This document shows, piece by piece, positions 61,065 to 64,000 of a DNA stretch of 64,000 nucleotides. The stretch's first letter is position 1. Each line of letters opens with the position of its first letter. This stretch comes from an uncultured Gemmatimonadales bacterium (GTDB lineage Bacteria > Gemmatimonadota > Gemmatimonadetes > Gemmatimonadales > GWC2-71-9): the NCBI GenBank assembly GCA_947259405.1, contig CAMYLY010000003.1:123833-187832 (forward strand), given 5' to 3'. Made by a program: the position numbers and the translations under genes. The notes below the pieces were generated by a model. The model searched no databases. It was not told where the DNA came from and saw nothing but the letters and a program-made list of their open reading frames with translations.

Positions 61065-62984
61065 TCACGTCGGCCGCAGCAACGCGTTCACCTCAACCAT
61101 CCCGTCCATGAGTTGCTCGATCTCGTGACCGACTGCGGAGGCGGCAGCGAGGTCAACGGTGAGACTCTCGACCGACCCGGCACCCATCGACAGGCGCAGG
61201 AGTCCAAGACGGACGGATTCGAGGGCGGCCACGGCGTCGGCCAACCGCTGTTCGGTGTCGGTGCGGGCGGCGGCAATGTCTCCTGCCACCGGCTGTCCGG
61301 CGACGCGCGCGGTGTCCTGTGCCTCGTCCAACGCCTTGAGCGTTTCGCGGAGTCGTTGTGCGTCGGACTCGAGCCCGCGCAACACCGAGGGAACGTCGCC
61401 CAGCTGTTTTCGCACCGGTCGCGGGAGGTCGTCGTAGAGTCCTTCGGCGGCAAAGCCGATCTGGAGTTCGGTGGGGCGATGCGTGAGACCAGTGGGGAGC
61501 GCCGTGCGCTTGATTCCTAGACCGCACAACTTGAACAACCACTTGGCCGGCCGGCTCTTCCAGAACTTGTAGCGCCGCTCCGCCTTGAGATCGACCCGCC
61601 GGCCCTTGGACGACCACCCTGCGGCAAATCCCAGGAAGCTGCCGAGCCCCGTCGTGATGAACCCCCCGAACAGGACGTCCGTGAGTGCCGCCCAATAAGT
61701 GAACGGTGCCACGCCGATGGTCTCCAACCCGATCAGTGCGGCGAAACTTGCGAGGCTCGACACACCGGCGATCCGACCGATCGAGTAGGCCACGCGCTCG
61801 CTCTGGGGCGCGTCGATGCCGAAGGCGGCGGCCAGTTCCTCTCGCCGCCGTTCCAGAGCGACCTTGAGGCCGGCCTCGAGGTCGCGCGGCCCGTGACCCG
61901 ACTTGAGCAGTCGCCGGACGCGAGGAACGACGAACACGAGCGGCGGCGCCAACATCAGAGCCGACACACCCCAGACGAACGGGCTGCTCGACCCTATCGC
62001 ACTGGTGACCGCCGCGTTCAACACCGCGATGGCCAGCGCCGTGAACACGTAGAACAGCGGGCCGTCGCCGGGGAGGTCGATGGGATCGTTCAAGAAGTTG
62101 CGGACCGCCACCGGAATCTCCCGCCGCTGCAGCAACGCGGCGTCCATCGTGTCCGCGACGTCGTTCGCCGATTGAAACCGTGATGCCGGGTCCTTCTGGA
62201 GACATCGGTCCACGGCCCGGCCGAGGCGACTGGGGACCGCGCTCGAGACGGTAGAGAGCGGTGGCGCGGGTTCTTCCCGATGTTTGCGCAAGATCTCCAG
62301 TACGGTGTCGGCGTGGAACGGGAGCGTGCCCGTGAGGGTGTAGAACCCCAGGACCCCCAGCGAGTAGATGTCGCTCCTTCCGTCGACGCCATCACCGCTG
62401 GCCTGCTCCGGACTCATGAACTCGGCGGTACCGATGATCTCCCCGATCCCCACTGCGCCTGTCGCCTCCATGACACCGGCGATACCGAAATCCGCGACGA
62501 GGGCGCGGTTGGTGCCATCTTCGAGGAGGATGTTGTCGGGTTTCACGTCCCGGTGGATCACGCCCCGCTCATGAGCATACGCGAGCGCCCAGCCGACTTC
62601 CTTGAGGATGCGCGCGGTCTCCGACGCGGGGAGCGGCCCGCGGCTGCGGATCCGCTGGCCCAGGCTCTCGCCCTGTACGTAGGCCATGACGAAGAAGACG
62701 AACCGGTCGACCTCGTCGACGGAAAAGATCGGGATGATGTTGGGGTGCGAGAGTTTGGCAGCGGTACGCGCCTCACGCAGGAAGCGGTCGCGCAGCTCCT
62801 CTTGTTGCGACAGCGTGTCGGGCAACAGCTTGAGTGCGACGGGGCGGTCGAGCCTGACGTCATGCGCCAGGTACACCACGCCCATGCCCCCACGGCCGAT
62901 CTCCGACTGCAGCGAGTACCGGCCGGCGAGTGCTTCTTGCAGGGCAAAGAACTGGGCGTCCGGTTGGGCCGTCATCAGTGCCAC
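61065..62984 (-). CDS. Hanks-type Ser/Thr protein kinase with polytopic membrane and coiled-coil C-terminal region
   Basis: 639 aa. It contains IGRGGMGVVYLAHDVRLDRPVALKLL, HRDVKPDNILL, DFGIAG and GTAEFMSPEQ, plus several TM helices between aa 330 and 470. Confidence 0.9.
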   Translation of the reverse strand: MALMTAQPDAQFFALQEALAGRYSLQSEIGRGGMGVVYLAHDVRLDRPVALKLLPDTLSQQEELRDRFLREARTAAKLSHPNIIPIFSVDEVDRFVFFVMAYVQGESLGQRIRSRGPLPASETARILKEVGWALAYAHERGVIHRDVKPDNILLEDGTNRALVADFGIAGVMEATGAVGIGEIIGTAEFMSPEQASGDGVDGRSDIYSLGVLGFYTLTGTLPFHADTVLEILRKHREEPAPPLSTVSSAVPSRLGRAVDRCLQKDPASRFQSANDVADTMDAALLQRREIPVAVRNFLNDPIDLPGDGPLFYVFTALAIAVLNAAVTSAIGSSSPFVWGVSALMLAPPLVFVVPRVRRLLKSGHGPRDLEAGLKVALERRREELAAAFGIDAPQSERVAYSIGRIAGVSSLASFAALIGLETIGVAPFTYWAALTDVLFGGFITTGLGSFLGFAAGWSSKGRRVDLKAERRYKFWKSRPAKWLFKLCGLGIKRTALPTGLTHRPTELQIGFAAEGLYDDLPRPVRKQLGDVPSVLRGLESDAQRLRETLKALDEAQDTARVAGQPVAGDIAAARTDTEQRLADAVAALESVRLGLLRLSMGAGSVESLTVDLAAASAVGHEIEQLMDGMVEVNALLRPT

Positions 62985-63106
62985 GGTATATGATGCCGCT
63001 CATGGGCGCCAGGGACGGGAGAGTTTTATGCGATGTAGATCGGCGCGAGCGACGGCTTAGCCTTCCTAGATTCGCGGCGATGGCCAATGCTCGCCATTTT
63101 ACACCG

Positions 63107-63394
63107 ATGCCCGAGGTCCCCTCCCGTCTCAAAGAGGCCCTTGCCGACCGCTACACCATCGAGCGCGAGCTCGGTGCGGGCGGTATGGCCACCGTGTACC
63201 TCGCTCAGGATCTCAAGCACAAGCGCCACGTCGCGCTCAAAGTCCTGCGACCGGAGCTGGCTGCTGTGTTGGGTACGGATCGCTTCGCGCGCGAGATCGA
63301 GATTACGGCGGGCTTGACCGGGCACGGGATCCCGTATCACATGCTCGCGCAGGAAGTCATGGAGTGGCTGGATCAGTTTTTGGGACCGACATGA
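63107..63394 (+). pseudogene. Chimeric remnant: first ~70 aa of a kinase N-lobe fused to a hydrolase-like C-terminal tail
   Basis: The product starts MPEVPSRLKEALADRYTIERELGAGGMATVYLAQDLKHKRHVALKVLRPELAAVLGTDRFAREIEITAGL. Where the paralogues continue QHPHILPL, it switches at about 63317 to TGHGIPYHMLAQEVMEWLDQFLGPT-stop. That tail resembles the GHG...W..C-terminus of alpha/beta-hydrolase peptidases. There is no catalytic loop. Confidence 0.55.
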
Positions 63395-63453
63395 GCCCTC
63401 GGTGCCGCTGGCGACTTCATTGCGAGGCGAACCCGCGATGGCGATAGAACGGT

Positions 63454-64000
63454 ATGTCTAAATCTCTCGAGCGACTGAATGCCGCTCTCTCCGATCGGTA
63501 TATGATCGTGAGAGAGTTAGGTGCCGGTGGCATGGCCACCGTGTACCTGGCCGAAGATCTCAAACACCAACGCAACGTCGCGCTGAAAGTCCTGCGGCCC
63601 GAACTTGCCGCCGTGATCGGCGCCGAGAGGTTCCTGGCCGAGATCAAGACCACGGCGAATCTCCAACACCCGCACATCCTCCCGTTGCACGACTCGGGAG
63701 AGGTGGACGGCACCGTCTATTACGTGATGCCGTTTATCGAAGGCGAATCTCTGCGTGACCGGCTCGATCGGGAGAAGCAGCTCCCGATCAATGAAGCCGT
63801 TGGCATCGCGTCCGAAGTGGCCGGTGCACTGGACTACGCTCACCGCCAGGGCGTGGTGCACCGCGACATCAAGCCTGAAAACATCCTGCTACATGACCGG
63901 CGTGCGTTGGTTGCCGACTTCGGCATCGCGCTTGCCGCCAGCCGCTCCGACGGTGAGGGGCGCTTGACCGAAACCGGCATGTCGCTGGGCACCCCGCATT
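63454..64000 (+). CDS. Hanks-type Ser/Thr protein kinase, 3' end runs off the right edge
   Basis: Not in the ORF track because the frame has no stop in the window. My translation is MSKSLERLNAALSDRYMIVRELGAGGMATVYLAEDLKHQRNVALKVLRPELAAVIGAERFLAEIKTTANLQHPHILPLHDSGE...HRDIKPENILLHDRRALVADFGIALA...GMSLGTPH. Confidence 0.85.
   Translation, partial: MSKSLERLNAALSDRYMIVRELGAGGMATVYLAEDLKHQRNVALKVLRPELAAVIGAERFLAEIKTTANLQHPHILPLHDSGEVDGTVYYVMPFIEGESLRDRLDREKQLPINEAVGIASEVAGALDYAHRQGVVHRDIKPENILLHDRRALVADFGIALAASRSDGEGRLTETGMSLGTPH

Noticed and set aside
61153-62205. 350-aa minus-strand ORF, and 60681-61520 (+, 279 aa)
   Set aside because: These are alternative-frame and antisense ORFs inside or next to the 61065-62984 kinase gene. 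Their extreme Arg/Gly/Pro content marks them as shadow ORFs.

Overview
High-GC (~65-68%), densely coding bacterial chromosome with no rRNA, tRNA, CRISPR array, transposase or integrase that I could see. The kinase sequences look Gemmatimonadota/Acidobacteriota-like, which is inference only. Left to right the window holds: (1) an ArsR-controlled, apparently cytoplasm-facing molybdoenzyme with a fused FeS/NrfD subunit, divergent from a SulP permease; (2) housekeeping and redox genes (GDH, a YpdA bacillithiol-disulfide-reductase homologue, a serine hydrolase, a Spy-like protein); (3) an AhpD/CMD-family gene interrupted by an in-frame TGA exactly at the CxxC site, a probable selenoprotein that the ORF track splits; (4) a long organic-acid/amino-acid catabolic island (two SSF symporters, a TRAP system, CoA-transferase, crotonase, two aminotransferases, a YdiJ-like FAD/FeS oxidase, an acyl-CoA synthetase, a Tat-exported LldD-like flavoenzyme); (5) secreted peptidases and hydrolases; (6) an apbE-doxX-Tat-Gfo/Idh/MocA operon that I flag as a candidate undescribed flavinylation-linked periplasmic redox module; (7) a PadR gene coupled to a membrane-anchored HExxH protein; (8) an array of five Ser/Thr kinase paralogues with three decayed gene relics. 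Many intergenic spacers are built from degenerate 7- or 9-nt tandem units, some as inverted arms or G-quadruplex motifs. All coordinates, translations and hairpins were worked out by eye. No similarity search or folding was run.
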